Source of the DNA: Epiperipatus broadwayi
Lineage: Eukaryota > Animalia > Onychophora
Length of the DNA: 64,000 bases
Direction: 5' to 3'
Assembly (NCBI GenBank): GCA_028023455.1
Contig: JAQFVV010000002.1
Location: 13,206,001 to 13,270,000, forward strand
This document shows positions 13,366 to 27,341 of this stretch, in pieces. Under the pieces are notes generated by a model, which saw only the letters and a program-made list of their open reading frames with translations, ran no database searches and was not told the DNA's origin. A program made the position numbers and the translations under genes. How positions within the stretch are numbered: position 1 is the stretch's first letter; each line of letters opens with the position of its first letter.

Positions 13366-14071
13366 ACATGATCACCATTTCCTATACTTACACAAGGTGT
13401 TAAAACAATGGCACTCCATACAGTAGTGCCACCCAGTGCAAGCCACAGTAATCAATGGATGCAAGGAGGTTTGTACATAAAAATCTGTCTAATACCTACT
13501 TATCCAATATCCCCAGATTAGTTTCTAGCTTGTGGTTTTCATCAGTGAGGAGCCTTGGATCTGAAAGCACTGCATCTAGATGAGTAGACCCTAGATAGAG
13601 ATTTTATGCACAAATCTTACATCCATTGATTATTGTGGCTTGCACTGAGTGACAGTACTGTATGGAGAGTTTGTCACTGTTTTAGTAGCTTGTGTAAGCA
13701 TGGAATATATTGATCACATGATGTTTAGTGATTTAATGCCATTCCTGTTCTTGGAATAATGGTAACTATAGTTATTAAAGAAACAAAAACACTAAAATAT
13801 ACAGATACTAAACAGTTTATATCTATGTAACTGAGCTTGGATTGAAAACTATCTGGTTTCATCTAGCATTAGAATTGATTAGAGGGTTGCATTAGGTCCT
13901 AAGATCTAGGTGCAGTGCTCTCAGATCCAAGGCTCTTCACTGATGAAAGCCACAATCTAGAAACTAGTCTGGGGATATTGAATGAGTATGCACTAGATAG
14001 GGATTTTGTGTACAAACCTTGCACCCATTGATTACTGTGTTTTGCATTTGGTGGCACTACTGCATAAAAAA
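13366..14071. mobile_element. Family A composite insertion: minus arm plus about 1.2 tandem plus-sense monomers, two hammerheads
   Basis: Minus arm 13366-13580 (hammerhead 13510-13551). Plus arm 13591-14065 has a 402-nt internal period (CTAGATAG at 13591 and 13993) and a hammerhead at 13934-13975. Degenerate TSD of about 20 bp at 13345-13365 / 14072-14091. Confidence 0.75.
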
Positions 14072-15010
14072 TTTGTTACTAAACTTAAATTTGTTAAAAT
14101 TCAATTAGAACTGTATATGAGATACAACAAATCTCGCTATCTGAAGTCATCATTGAAAACAAGAGTTATGGAAGAAGTACAAATTAGGGATTAAGAGCCA
14201 CTAGTCTTAAACATTTTTATTAGGGTTTGAGATATATATTATTAATAATAATTAATATATGATGTTATGTTAATCATATGTAATATTTCAAATATCAGTA
14301 ATCAGTCTATTTGTATAAGGTCAGAATTGTAACTAATGTGTGTGTTAAGCTGAAGAATCTAGAATATCCACTGATACAGACGCTCTTCAGAATGGATCAT
14401 AGCAATTTCACACAGCAAAAGAAAATTAAATCAACTAACTTATCAGAATATTTAATTTTAATCAAACTATTTGAAAACAAAAGTTGATCCAAAGCAAAAA
14501 AAAAACTATTAGTTTTTTTAAAGAAATAAAAAGATATAAATTACAGAAGCAATATCAAAAGAACAATAAGAATATTATTCTTAAAATGCCATTAGAAATA
14601 GCCAACCACCAAACAGGATATAACACATTAAATGTGTAAAGATAATTTTTAACTAAAGAGTGTTAGTTTCAGGAATTAAAGTAGATTTGAAATTGTTTTC
14701 TTACAATATAATTATTTTTTATCAATCCTTTTTATTGAAATTTAGATTGTCTAGCAGTTTTTTATTTTATTACAATTTTGTAATAAAATATTTTAAATGT
14801 GTATTCATGAGTTCACAACACTTTAAAATATTCATAAATTTACCCATATCTATATATTTGGTTCAGTTCCATATAGCTATTTGAATTAGATAGCTGGATT
14901 TAAAGACATTTTTGTGTCTGAAAATTTCAGATTTTCTTCTCAATAGTTTCGTTGTTAAATAAGTACTGGGTTTTGAGTTATTTTGGATCTAGTGTCTGAA
15001 TGTTCTAGCA

Positions 15011-15054
15011 CCTCACTGAGGTGAGCCATAATCTCAAAACCAATTGGTTTGGGA
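15011..15054 (+). ncRNA. Degenerate hammerhead (family E-like)
   Basis: CCTCA-CTGAGGT-GAG(CCATAAT)CTC-AAAAC-CAATTG-GTT-TGGG: stems are intact but two core positions differ from consensus. Confidence 0.5.
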
Positions 15055-15305
15055 CTAAGAATATTCTAGATAGAGATTTTAATATTTTCTCTCACCGCAC
15101 TTATTAAATTGGTGCACTCCCCATATTATATCTATATATAAATGATTTAATCTTTAACCATGTTACATTCTAATGTCATATTCAAAATTTTATTTTTAAA
15201 TTTGTATATCATAAACAATTTTTTGGACATGAATATAAAATTTATAATATAAAGTTTATACAAACAAATATAGTATATAAGTTAATATGTATGTGTATGA
15301 TTTGG

Positions 15306-15349
15306 ATCAACTGATGAATGATGATTCAGCATGAAATGTGCATCTTAGA
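15306..15349 (+). ncRNA. Family B hammerhead in a truncated element fragment
   Basis: ATCAA-CTGATGA-ATGATGATTCAGCAT-GAAA-TGTGCA-TC-TTAGA; flanks match family B at 27180-27300. Confidence 0.7.
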
Positions 15350-15422
15350 GATCATTTATTTTTTCATGTGTTTTTAATCATATGTTTCAGCAATATATGA
15401 TAGAATAACACATTTAAATATA

Positions 15423-15622
15423 CATCATCATCAATAACAACCATTATCAATCCATTGCAGGATTAAGGTCTCTTCAAGTTCAATCCATCTTCTTTGATCT
15501 TTAGCTTCTCTTCTCCACATCACCCCTGCACACTTTCTTATTTTATCCATCCATCTCATATGTGGTCTCTTTCTGGGTCTTTTACAATCTCTTGGAATCC
15601 GGTTTAAGATTTCAATATACAA
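15423..15622 (-). mobile_element. RTE-clade LINE 3' fragment
   Basis: RPRKRPHMRWMDKIRK..WRREAKDQRRW..LQWIDNG followed by a (GAT)n tail; same family as 51486-52098. Confidence 0.85.
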
Positions 15623-16349
15623 ATGAAGTTAAATTTAAAAAATGTATATATAATTATAGCATGTATTATGTATATCTTACTGCATCCATAGTGAGAGAGA
15701 TTGACATAGCTTCTATACTGATGGATGATTGAGCTAAGTTGAAAGAAGCACTCATAAAAACAAGTACTTGAAAATATATATTAATATATTAACACAAGTA
15801 GATTTGCAGGTAAAAAACAACAAATGTTCTTTCAAGTTTCTCATGTATGAGGACAGGTAAGAGTCCAATATTATGGTATCAGGTATTAATAAAAAAAGTC
15901 AAGTATAATAAAATATTTAAAGAGAGAAAAAAGTGGCTGAATTTTAAAATAAATTTTAAAAAAGGTAAATAAAATATTGCAAAATCAACTAAAATAAAGA
16001 AAAAGTAAACAAAACATTCTGTCATTTTATAGTAAATAATGGCTTTCATATATTAGATAACTTTGGAGAGTCAACATTTTTATTTTAAACAGCTTTCCTG
16101 ATAAGTTTGTTTTCCAATTTATTTGCATTTGAAAAATATTCTTGTTTCATGAAAATTTAACATGTATTTAGTTGGGATCATCCATTCTACTTTGAGAGAA
16201 AATTTCTTACAACTTTAACTGATTACAATTCTATCTTCTCAGAAGAAAAAATGGTCTAATATTCTACTTTGTAATTTTTTTAATAAAAACGGAAAATAAT
16301 AATTTATATTATTATTTTCAGTTAATAAAAATTACAAAATACGAATTCA

Positions 16350-16444
16350 GTCAAGTGATGGTGGCCGAGTGGTTAGTACAACCGCCTTACAAGCAGTTGT
16401 CCCAGGGTTCGCTTCCTGGCCAACACTTTGACACACAAAAAAAA
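16350..16444 (+). mobile_element. tRNA-derived SINE, copy 2
   Basis: TGGCCGAGTGG A-box, GGTTCGCTTCC B-box, A-tail; degenerate TSD ATACGAATTCA / GTATGAATTCA. Confidence 0.85.
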
Positions 16445-17302
16445 GTATGAATTCAAATGTTTTTTAAATGCTAATCTAATTTGTTTAGAAATAAATATAC
16501 ATTTAAAAAAATGTTAATACTATTTTAATTTTTATTATATTGTTTAAATGAGAATAATAAAAAGAAAGTAATCTTGGACTTCCATACAATAGGGTCCAAA
16601 TATAATGAAAGCTTCTAAAGTGAATAACTATTAGAATGAACATTTTTCTAACCAAATTATAACTTTTACAACAAATGAAAAGTCATACCACAATTACTAG
16701 AATAGCAGATATCTTTGCCACATAAGACATAGTTATCAATTTAATTCACTTATCTCTTTACATTTCTAGTGATGAAAATTGTTACATTACATATATTTTT
16801 AACTAAAAGTAATCTTTTAAATAGACATACTTATAATTTTTGCCATAAGCTATAAAAGCAGAATGTGAAAGTAAATTAATATTTCATCAAAAACAGAATT
16901 CAACAATAATAGCAAAATGTTGTACATATTTTTGGTTAAAAGTATTTTCCTAGGAAGAACAAATTTAAAGCTAATTAATGTTAATATAATAAAAAAAGTT
17001 AAAATCAAAGTCCTTGTAAAATGACAGAAATCTAAAATTTAGTTATTAATTTAATTCATTTATCGCTTTCTAGCATTAATTGGCAAAAGAAATGTCATAT
17101 TTATTTAAAAGAATTTTCCTAAGTGTGTAAACTATAATAATTTTAGCTATGTGCTATACAAAGATAACTATAATTTATTTAGTATGCATTCAATCAAAAA
17201 AAAATTGATATTAGATATATTAAGAAGATAATATTATCCTATAAATGGTGAATACAATTGCATCAACTTTATATAGAATCTCCATTCTTGACTTTAACAT
17301 AC

Positions 17303-17390
17303 CATACATGCACTTTACTACTGTTACACAATGCTTTTATTTACCACTTTCTTTTACAGTTTCGATTGTCCCAGAAATCTTCTTCAGAAC
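17303..17390 (-). mobile_element. Family D fragment with near-intact hammerhead (17352-17390)
   Basis: Minus strand CTGAAGA-A-GATT(TCTGGGAC)AATC-GAAAC-T-GTA; the 3' flank matches the arms at 11443-11631. Confidence 0.75.
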
Positions 17391-19256
17391 TTTTATGTCT
17401 CTTAAATTCAACTGCTAAATTCACATACCTTTAATATTTAGTTGAACTAAATGTATTGCTTTCTAACTGGAAAGAATATTGTTTTTTAGAAAATGTATTT
17501 AAAAAATTAATTTGAATATCAAAGTGACAAGAATCAACCCAGAAATGTTTGACTTTTGAATTGGGGCACATGACATAGAATATGATACTTTTCTAAGTGG
17601 TGTAAAGTATTATTGAAAAGGATTTGCAATCTTAAAATTCATTATGTATTATATGATTTGATTATCAGAGAAATTCCTAAATTTATTTTTCAGAATATCA
17701 TCTAAGTTAGTCATATGAATATTGATCTATTAACTGCAGAAATAAAAAAAATGCAATTGTAATCTGATGAAACTTTTACCATTAGTGAAGATGTTATAGT
17801 CCTATGAATATTTAACCAAGTTCAATTTGTATTAGTTTAGACATTCATATTACCATGGATCTAATATATATATATGAAAACCAAAAGTTGTAATCTAACT
17901 AAATGAATTGTATAAATAAACAATTATTAGAAGAAATGATAATATATAGTCAGTTGAAGTTTTAAATTGTATCCCAAAAGGCAATGCAAAAAGACATGTA
18001 AAATGTAAAAATGAAATAAAAAAGTTTGTTAATAGATATTGGAGAAACTGGGTTAAACTTGAAGAGATTTTTATTCTGAAGTGGATCAGTAATGCTTAAA
18101 TATGTTGATGATATTGTACTTTGATAAGCATTGTGTTAATTTTTAGATTTTACTTCTTTTGCATATTAAAAAACATTGCATGAATTAAAAATAAACAATT
18201 TTTATAACTATTTTGGCTTTGTTTTATGTTAATTTTTGAGTCTTCAAAATTTCTGTTACAAAATAATGAAAGAAATGAGAACACATTCACAAAAAAAAAA
18301 AAATATGACAATGATTATAAACTGGAAAGCCAGATCATACTATAAGGTAACCTAAATAAATATAGAAACCAAAACTCAACTTCAGAGTCATCTTTGTTAT
18401 ATTCAGTTATCAGTGTATACATATTTGGATCTTCATTTTAAGATACCTATTTCAAGATTGTCTTTATTAGTATGACTGGAGATTTGAAGTTGAAAAGAAT
18501 GCATTCAGCAAATATTTAATTTCCATTTTACCTATCAAGGATTAAGTAAAAGTCAGAAACTAGTCTGAGGATAGCAATTTAAATAATCTAGTAATTATTG
18601 ATTATTTAAATTTATAGATGGCACTGAAGTGGGATTGATCTTGTTTATTAAAGTGAATGATTTGAGAAATTAAATGATTCTTTGTTATTATAAAGCACAT
18701 GTATAAAGAGTGCCTTTTTGTTAAGAAATGACATAAAAATAAATACAGTTTCAACCAAAACAAGATTTTTTTTATTAAAAAAAAGAATAAATAGGGTTAA
18801 TAAATATTTATTTATTTTGGCTACTAATAATTGAAAGTCTTTCACATGCGCTACAGTTGTTTCTCAGACAGCCAATCAGATTTTTAAACAGCTATCTTTA
18901 TGAACGATCAGGCTTTGACACACGACAGAGATTTTGATAAGAAAAGGATGATACCAACCTTCTCTCAACTTAACTTTTTATATATATAAGCCAGTCTTAA
19001 GTATCTTGGCCTGAAAGACTAGCAATCTTTCAATTATTACTAATTTAATAACAACATGCGATTTAGACAAATGTTATTGGCTAATATTGATCAAAAGAAT
19101 TTTGCAATAATCATAAAAAATAATAGTAACAATGATTTTTATTTGAATGTTTCTTTTATGTTCAACAAATCAAATTTTTTTTAATGATAAAAATCACTCT
19201 TCTTTTTACATTAATACAAAAATTTAGAACTCAACCCAAGATAAAAGTGAATAAAT

Positions 19257-20520
19257 AATCATCATCATTTTCTAGCATTATTGATCACTGCAGGTTGAAG
19301 GTCTCTCCAAATCCATTCCATCTCTGACCTCTAGCCTCTCTTCTCCATGTCACCTAGCACTTCCTTATTTCTTTCATCCATTTTACACGTGCTCTCTTTC
19401 TAGGTCTTTTATAATCTTTTGGAATCCAGTTTAAAATTTCAACTGTCCATCTATTGTCATCTTTTCTAACAATATGTCCAACCTAATTCAGTCTTTTAAT
19501 TCTTTCAATGTTGTCAGTAATATCTGTTCTTTCATTTTACTTCTAACATGCATCTCTCTATACTTCTTTGAATGATCTGAAGTCTTTGTATTGCTCATCT
19601 ATTAAGTGTCCAAGTCTTAGAATTATAAATAAAAATGGATAAAACACATTTATTAAAAACTTTCATTTTCAAATACATAGGCATATTTCCTTTTAGTATC
19701 AAGTTATTTCCATCAAAAACTCTCCAATCAAGTTTAATTCTACGATTAATTTCATACATTATGTTTCCATCTGTAGTAATAATTTGACCCAGATATTTAT
19801 AGTTGTTAACTTCTTCTAATCCATCATTATCAAACTTTATTTACTTTTGAAAAAATCCATTGAGCATTATTTTAGTCTTTATAACATTCATCTGATAACT
19901 CTTAAAACATTTCCTGAAGCTCTAAAGCATTATTTACAAAAACAACTACATCACCTGGAAAATCTAAATGAGTTAAATATTCTCCATTTACTTTTACTGT
20001 CTTAGCTTCCCATTTTAATCCACAAAATATCTTTTTCACAACTTCTGTAAAAAGTTTTGGAGATATGGATTAACTCTGTCATACACCCACCTCAATCTTA
20101 ATTTTTTAAATCTCATTATATAATTTAATTATTGCTGTTACATTTTTATAAATATTTTTCAATATGTCAATATCCTGGTTCTATATCTTGATAATCCAAT
20201 GCTTTAATCACTGAAGAAATGCTTATAGAATCAAATGCCTTTTCCTAATCTATATACTCAAAGCATAATATCAATTCATATTCACTGATCCTTTCTATAC
20301 TTCTCTCAATACTTGGATATGATTTACTGTACTAAAATCACTTTTTAATCCAACATATCTTTTGGTTGGTTAACATTCAATGTTTGCTGTAGGGAAGTTG
20401 TAGTTATTTTGGTAAAAATTTTGTCTAGAACTAATAAAAGACTGGTAAGTCTGTAATTTCTAGAATCTCATTTATCTTTTTTTTTTTAATGTTAATACCA
20501 TGTTTTTTCTGAAAATAAGA
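19257..20520 (-). mobile_element. RTE LINE 3' half (RT to 3' tail), decayed
   Basis: Minus strand runs from an NYR.ISL-like motif near 20460 through RT-like segments to the RPRK..W..EIRKC region and (GAT)n tail. Confidence 0.75.
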
Positions 20521-22469
20521 TTGGGGCTTATATTAATTTTTCTCCAAAAGATGCCTTAGAGTTTATTTTCAAGGTATGCCTTTATTTTTTAAGTACAAAA
20601 ACCTACATTTATTCAGGTACAAAAATATACATTTATTCAAGATGTCTAATCAATTTTCTAAATGCCCTCTGTGAATATTTGAATTTTTTAGTTACCAACA
20701 TGCACTGGGATATTTACATTTATTTAAGTACACAAATATACATTTATTCAAACACAAAAATATACATTTATTCAAGGACTTCTCTTTACAGAAATCCATA
20801 AGATTTTTGCTCCAGAACTCCATAATTCCTCTCTTATACTCAATGGAATAGATCTTTCTTTTTACATTCTTGTCTGGGGATCAAAATATTATTCCATTTA
20901 AATCTCTCATTAAACTGAATGTTAATTGAAAACTTACAAGATAGGAGTGGTAACAAAAATGATTATAGTTAAGAATGATTATCTACATAACAGTGACAAA
21001 AAAATGAAAGCACAAATATTTAGAAGATGTTTATGTATTTCATACCACATTATGTATGACTTATGCAACACACAGTATATTGAATTACTAAGATTCATAT
21101 AAGACACAATTACATCTATCCATTATCAAATGTGCACATTGTAAACACTTGAAATTACTCATAATAGCCCTGCTTAGGTATTCTTTTTTAAAACTTTTCT
21201 TTAGGAGAAAGATTGATTTAACTACTAAACTTTGATTATTAAAATCACTTCCATTATGTAAAGTCTTTTAAAAGAAAAAAAACAATTAAGAAACCAAACT
21301 GATTTTTATCTTGAATATTTAAAGTCTTTTAGAGGGGAAAAACATTTAAGATTTAAATAAAATGGATTTTTTTTATCTTGAATATTTAATAGCTATCACA
21401 ATCAAACTCTAAAACTAAATCAAGTGATCTAAGTATTAAATATAAATAAAATTAACACTTAGAATTACATAAAGGAAATCATAAATTGTCCAATATACTG
21501 GCTTGTGGAAGGTAAAATTTTAAGTTTGTTAATTCCATAAAGTCAATAAATTGATTACATTAGATCCATGAATCAGCTGAGAGAATATTGTTTCTCAATG
21601 CAGGTAGAATCATATTTGTTGAAAATGGTTAGTGATGGAAAAATACATAAGTATCACTATAATTTATCTTATCATTTTTTAAAATATTAATACCAATAAT
21701 ATTCATACATTCATTACTTTATAATACAATACATGCATCATGTGTTTCAATGGACAAACAAAATTCACTTAGCTGGCTGATGATCTTAATTAGGCTTATA
21801 TTTGTGGCAGGGCTTATATTATGGTCATTCTAAAAAAAATCATGCTAGGTTTTATTTCCTGGTTAGATCTTATTTTTGGAAAAACATAGTACTAATACTC
21901 CATTCTTCCAATCATCTGATACATTTTTATCATTTAGACATTTGATATATAACTTTGCCAAAAAAAAAATATGTTTCTTCACCTGCTTCTTTTAAGAAAG
22001 GAATTTGGTGCTATCTGAAAAAAGACCCTTTGATTCCTCTTGGAGGCCTTAAAGGTCCACTCTTTTCATTCTTGTCATTGCAACAGTTATCTTATTATTT
22101 ATATAGTATATGAACATGGATGGTTGTCACCATCATGCATTAGTCAGCATGGTGAATTTATTGGCTTTTTACCTCTGAGTTTAAAATCAAGAAACATCAT
22201 GGCTTTCTTTTAAATTGCCTGATAGCTCTTAACTGAAATATCAGTCCATTTTTCTTGAAGATAGAATGAATGTGTGTGTGTGAGTGATTTTTTTTCTAAT
22301 AGATATTTATAATCATGGCAGACAAAAATAAATCATGACCCTTATTCCCAGAAGGCTGTAAAGTGACCATCTAAGGTAACAGTTGGTGACAAAAGGCAAA
22401 AAGCATTAAAAATATTCTGATTGCAAACCCAGTCTGCCATTTAATGAAGACTTTTTATTTAGTTACTTA

Positions 22470-23850
22470 CAACTGCAGATCATTTTCAAGGAATATTGCA
22501 AGAATTGGAAAAAGAATTGTTTAATATTAAATGGGATCTTATTTGATTTTGTGAAGTTAGAAGAAAAAGTAAAGAAAACAATTGATTTTAAAAATGGCAT
22601 GTTCTGTCCTACAAAGGCAAAAATATTGGAAGGATAAGTAGAGTAGATTTATTATAAATAAAAAGTAAAAGAACAATATTGCAGAGATTGAAGGTATATT
22701 GGACAAAATGGCAAGATTAGTTATTCAACTTAATAGCAGATATCCAATAGAGATAATTTAGGTTTGTGCCCTAACAAGTTCTCATTGTGATAAAGAAGTA
22801 GAGAATTTTTATATGGATGTACAAAAGGCTTTTGATCATACAAATAACATAAGGCTTTTAGTCAGACAAACAACACTTTAAATTTATCATAGGAGACTTC
22901 AATGCTGGAATCAACAATTGAAATAAATTTGGTTATGGTAATAGAAATGAGAAGGGACATAGACTTATGGAGTTTGCAGTAAAAGAAAAATTTTATATTA
23001 TCAATTCTTTTTTTGAGAAAAATGTTAAAAAGAAAAGGATATGAAAACATCCAAATAAAGATACGGTTGAACTGGATTACACTTTAACTAACAGAAAATA
23101 TATATTTCAAGATTATAAATGTTCTTAAATTCAACACAGGAAGTGATCGTTGATTAGTAGGATGCAAGATATATGTTAATGTAAAACTAGAGAGACAAAA
23201 ATTATTAAGAAAAACAATATTTGCTGTTGATATTTCTAATCTTCAGAAACATTCCAATAAATTTAAATTAGAACTTGCATATCATTTCAGATATTCCCCA
23301 ATTTTGAACATGATTCATATTTGAACAAAATCAATAGGAAAATAACTGATACACTTAAAAACTGCAATAAAGATAGTTGGTACAAAAAAGCAGTAATTAG
23401 CCAGTACACTTTTTACTGACCCAAGACAATTTATGAAAAAAAAGAATGGATATAAAAATATATCAAAATGATGCATTAAGAAGGATTGAATATTTCCAAT
23501 TTTGTAAAATGATACAAAAAAGAGTTAATAATGATACAATAGAGTATAATTGTGAATTAGCACAGAAGAGAATAAAAGTCTCAAGAGTGTAAACATTTTG
23601 GTATTGGTAGGAAACTTATTTCTGCAATGAGAAAAAAAAGATGGAACTTACTAAAAAGAGACATGGCATCATGAAATGTGTAGAAGAATTCTATCAAAAA
23701 TATATAGAATAAAGAAGTAAAGGTACATCTTACAACTACTATATCTTCTGAACTTGCCAGATTATTAAATGAAGAAGTGAGACATTCAATCAAATTTATG
23801 AAGATGGGAAATACTCCAGGTAATGCTGGAATATATACTATCCATATTAA
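22470..23850 (+). mobile_element. RTE LINE 5' half (APE endonuclease to start of RT), decayed
   Basis: ELEKELFNIKWDLI.FCEVRRK, IIGDFNAG..GYGNRNEKGHRLMEFA, FNTGSD, EEVRHSIKFMKMGNTPGNAGI across stops and frameshifts. Confidence 0.8.
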
Positions 23851-24440
23851 AATCATATAATATTATAGCTAAAATATACTCAGTGACTTTTTCTCTTGCT
23901 GCTGGTGAAATTGAAAAATAAAAACACATCTCATCAAGCATTAAAAGTACATCATAAAGGAGATATTTACCATCATGAGTAGCTTCAAGTACTGAACATT
24001 TGATATCTTTTACATCTATACATATGTCTCTCCACTTTAGTATTGTTTTATACAAAAAATGAGACTTTATCTATTCTTTCATAAATGTTGTATAATGATA
24101 CTTCAATTTTGATTCTGATAATCATACAGTAGCAAACAATGCTTGTTTTCAGGATGGAAATGATATTGTTGGTGATATTTACTTAAGAATAAAGTAATAC
24201 AAATGCCTTTTCTTAAGTACTATAATATACTACTATATTAAAAAAAAATAAACCAAATATTTTCACTATAAATGACATCAATATGTTTCTTAAGAAATGA
24301 AATTATTAACTATATATTATTATTAATTGTCATCAATGTTTAAAAAAATGGAATTATTAAATGAAAAAATAAACATTAAAATGCTTAAATCTAACAATTT
24401 TTATTATTATATTTGTTACTTTTAACTTACCTATGGCTAT

Positions 24441-24603
24441 CAGCGCCACCAAGCGGGCAGTAGTGCTATCAGCCACTTGGCATAAGGTTCCTGTGCGTAC
24501 GCATGATGAACAGCACCACCTGGTGGATGGAACTTGCATCACTATTTTTGGCCCTCTACTCTGACTATTTCTGTGGTTGACATAGGAACAGCGCCTCCTG
24601 CGA
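24441..24603 (-). promoter_or_regulatory. Cluster of three CTCF-like motifs in a GC-rich repeat related to the 50886-51068 MITE
   Basis: Minus strand CCCGCTTGGTGGCGCTG (24441-24457), CCACCAGGTGGTGCTG (24511-24526), TCGCAGGAGGCGCTG (24589-24603); about 90 bp align to 50945-51030. Confidence 0.5.
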
Positions 24604-26572
24604 CCACATGAGGTGTTATATTTAGAGATGTTTTGTTTTTTAAGGTAGTTACATTCTAACTGAAATTTGCTATTAGTAAATATGTCTACATACCCACATA
24701 AGGTGTCATTTATATGTAACTGAAATTTTCTGTGAGTATGGTTAGACAATAAACAGGTGGTGGTATCAATGATGATGATGATGATGATCCAAGTTACAAA
24801 TATTGATTTAAATCATCATAATAAATTAGGATTCCATAAATGAATGGCAAATATGTGTGTGTGTTTGGCTTGCATAAAATATCTATATTATTATTCAAAC
24901 AATATTTTAAGACTGCCAGTCATTACTTGGATTCTCAAAAGAATATTTTCTATTCTTTGATTAATCTGTACATGTCTACTAATCCTTAATTATTATTCTT
25001 TTGCATATTGGTTTGGAGTTAAGATCAAGTAGACCAAATCTCATATAAATCTAATAAAATAATAGTCAATATTCAACAAAGATCCATAAAAAGTAATTAA
25101 CAAACACACACTATATTATTAGTAATAATTCAAAATAATTTTGATTTGCGAAATAATTTATAGTTTTGATTAAATTAATAATTCTTAGTTTTAAGGCAAT
25201 ATAAAGCTTTCATCGAATTTTGGTTTTTAATATTACTCCCTCCCCCCCCCCCCATCGGTTTTTTTTTCATCTTAAATATGAAAACCTTTATTGCCTACAT
25301 TAAGTTAAAACTGATAAAATATTTTGGTACTTTAGAATTTATTTTTGATTTTAACTGTGCACATATGTGTATTGACTTGTAAGCACCTACTTGAACTATA
25401 AAAACATATAAAACATATACACTGTATAGCAAAAAGTATCAAAATTTTAATATAATTATTAGAAATTAAACATTCTTCTGTTTACATATTATAGTGATAT
25501 AGTTATTATAATGACTGATTTACTTGAATTAATTTTTTAAAAAAAAGATTATAAAGTTCACGTGGATGTCTGCTTCCTTAACATTCAATTTTAATTCAAT
25601 TTACTTCTTTGCTGGCATAAATCCAATAATTTCTCAATACAAATAATTGTTAATTCATGATTTTGGCCAATAAAAACTTCAGTGGTCTTTTATCTGATGC
25701 AACCAGGCTACTTCTAGACATGGTCATAATGATGGATCTTTTAATTTTCTCTAAGCTTCCATGACTTTGATCAAATGACACATTTATGCTGTCCGATTGC
25801 AGCATTTTAACTTTTTCTTAACTCTCTCATTCAAACTAAATTTAATTTGCTCTGTTTTTTATAAACTTTCTTGAAAAACACTTTTGCCGTCTAAACAATA
25901 GATGTATTTTCAAATACTATTACAATTCCATCTTTTTCAAAAATAGAACCATTTTAATTAAAAATGAGAAACTTTATTTTTAAAAAAATATATTCTTAAA
26001 CATTCAAAATGAGTTTATTTTAATTTTAAAATTACAAATATATATTATTTATTATAATTACATAAAGAAAATATTTAGTACTAACTTTAATAGAAGTAAA
26101 TATAATATTTATTTCTTGACCTTTCCAAAACCTCAATCAGAAATTCTTTATAACTGTTTTTTATTATCCGCACGCACACAAATGACATAAAAGTCATAAT
26201 CTGTATATAGTACTAAGATTTTATAACAATAAGTTAAATTTTAATAAAATATTTATCTCAATTAAGAATTGAACCAGAAACTTTTATTCCTTAAATTGTT
26301 TAAAATAGGATTTCGTTTTTTGGAGATTAGCAGATTTAGTTTCTAATCTGATAATGAAGATAAAGCTTACTGTTTGTAGGATAGGACACCTCTTTAACAA
26401 AGACAAAGGTGATATCATATTACAATCATTTTTTTTGTTTTATTATTAATACTCATCTGACTAATTTAAATTAATATGAAATATCATTACTTTTTAATAG
26501 AGCTGAGCTTAGACATTTCGTTGCTTAAATCAAAAAAATAAAAGTGCATCCCTATATACAATACACGATTAA

Positions 26573-27341
26573 CTGAAACACACAGGCTTATTATATATCT
26601 GTGTTTATATATGTAATACATAGGGTATATGAACACAGACTTTCACACGACCCACCATTCTCCACACTATCTCATAACACTGATACACTTGAATACATAT
26701 ATGTTGAAAAGATAAATAATCACCAATATACGCATTTCATGCTAAACCAGCAATCATTAGTTGGTCCAGATTACCATCTCTACACATATATGCTATAAGT
26801 GCTCAGATATATATATTAAGATAGCCAAACCTTATACTTTAATGGACAGGCTTCAATCTACTCCACACTCCAACTCTTCAACCGTCCATCTAATTGAAAA
26901 TCTGATGATGGAACACTCAAAGGCCACCCTGAGGCCGAGATTCTTGTCATACCCATGTGTATTAAATGGATTATGTCCTGTACATGAGCGGTCAGATTGA
27001 CCTTAGGTCAACATGGGTGGGACAAGAATCTCAGCCTCAGGGTGGCCTTTGAGCGTTCCATCATCAGATTTTCAATTGGATAGACGGTTGAAGAGTTGGA
27101 GTGTGGAGTAGATTGAAGCCTGTCCATTAAAATATAAGGTTTGGCTATCTTAATATATATCTGAGCACTTATACCATATATGTGTAGAGATGGTAATCTG
27201 GACCAACTGATGATTGCTGGTTTAGCATGAAATACGTATGTTGGTGATTATTTATCTTTTCAACATACATGTGTTCAAGTGTATCAGTGTTATGAGATAG
27301 TGTGGAGAGTGGTGGGTCGTGTGAAAGTCTGTGCTCATATA
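26573..27341. mobile_element. Family B head-to-head palindromic insertion with two hammerheads
   Basis: About 340-bp arms (26620-26960 / 27012-27350). Hammerheads at 26722-26765 (-) and 27202-27245 (+). Direct repeat CCCTATATA(C)AATACACGATTAA at 26550-26572 and 27342-27362. Confidence 0.85.

Noticed and set aside
20590-20780. Short tandem repeats (ACAAAAATATACATTTATTCA; also 11859-11916, 37110-37146)
   Set aside because: Ordinary slippage duplications; not CRISPR-like (no unique spacers, eukaryotic context).
24357-24749. 130-aa minus-strand ORF
   Set aside because: Non-ATG start, no recognisable domain, and the GC-rich part is homologous to a MITE; an exon is not fully excluded.
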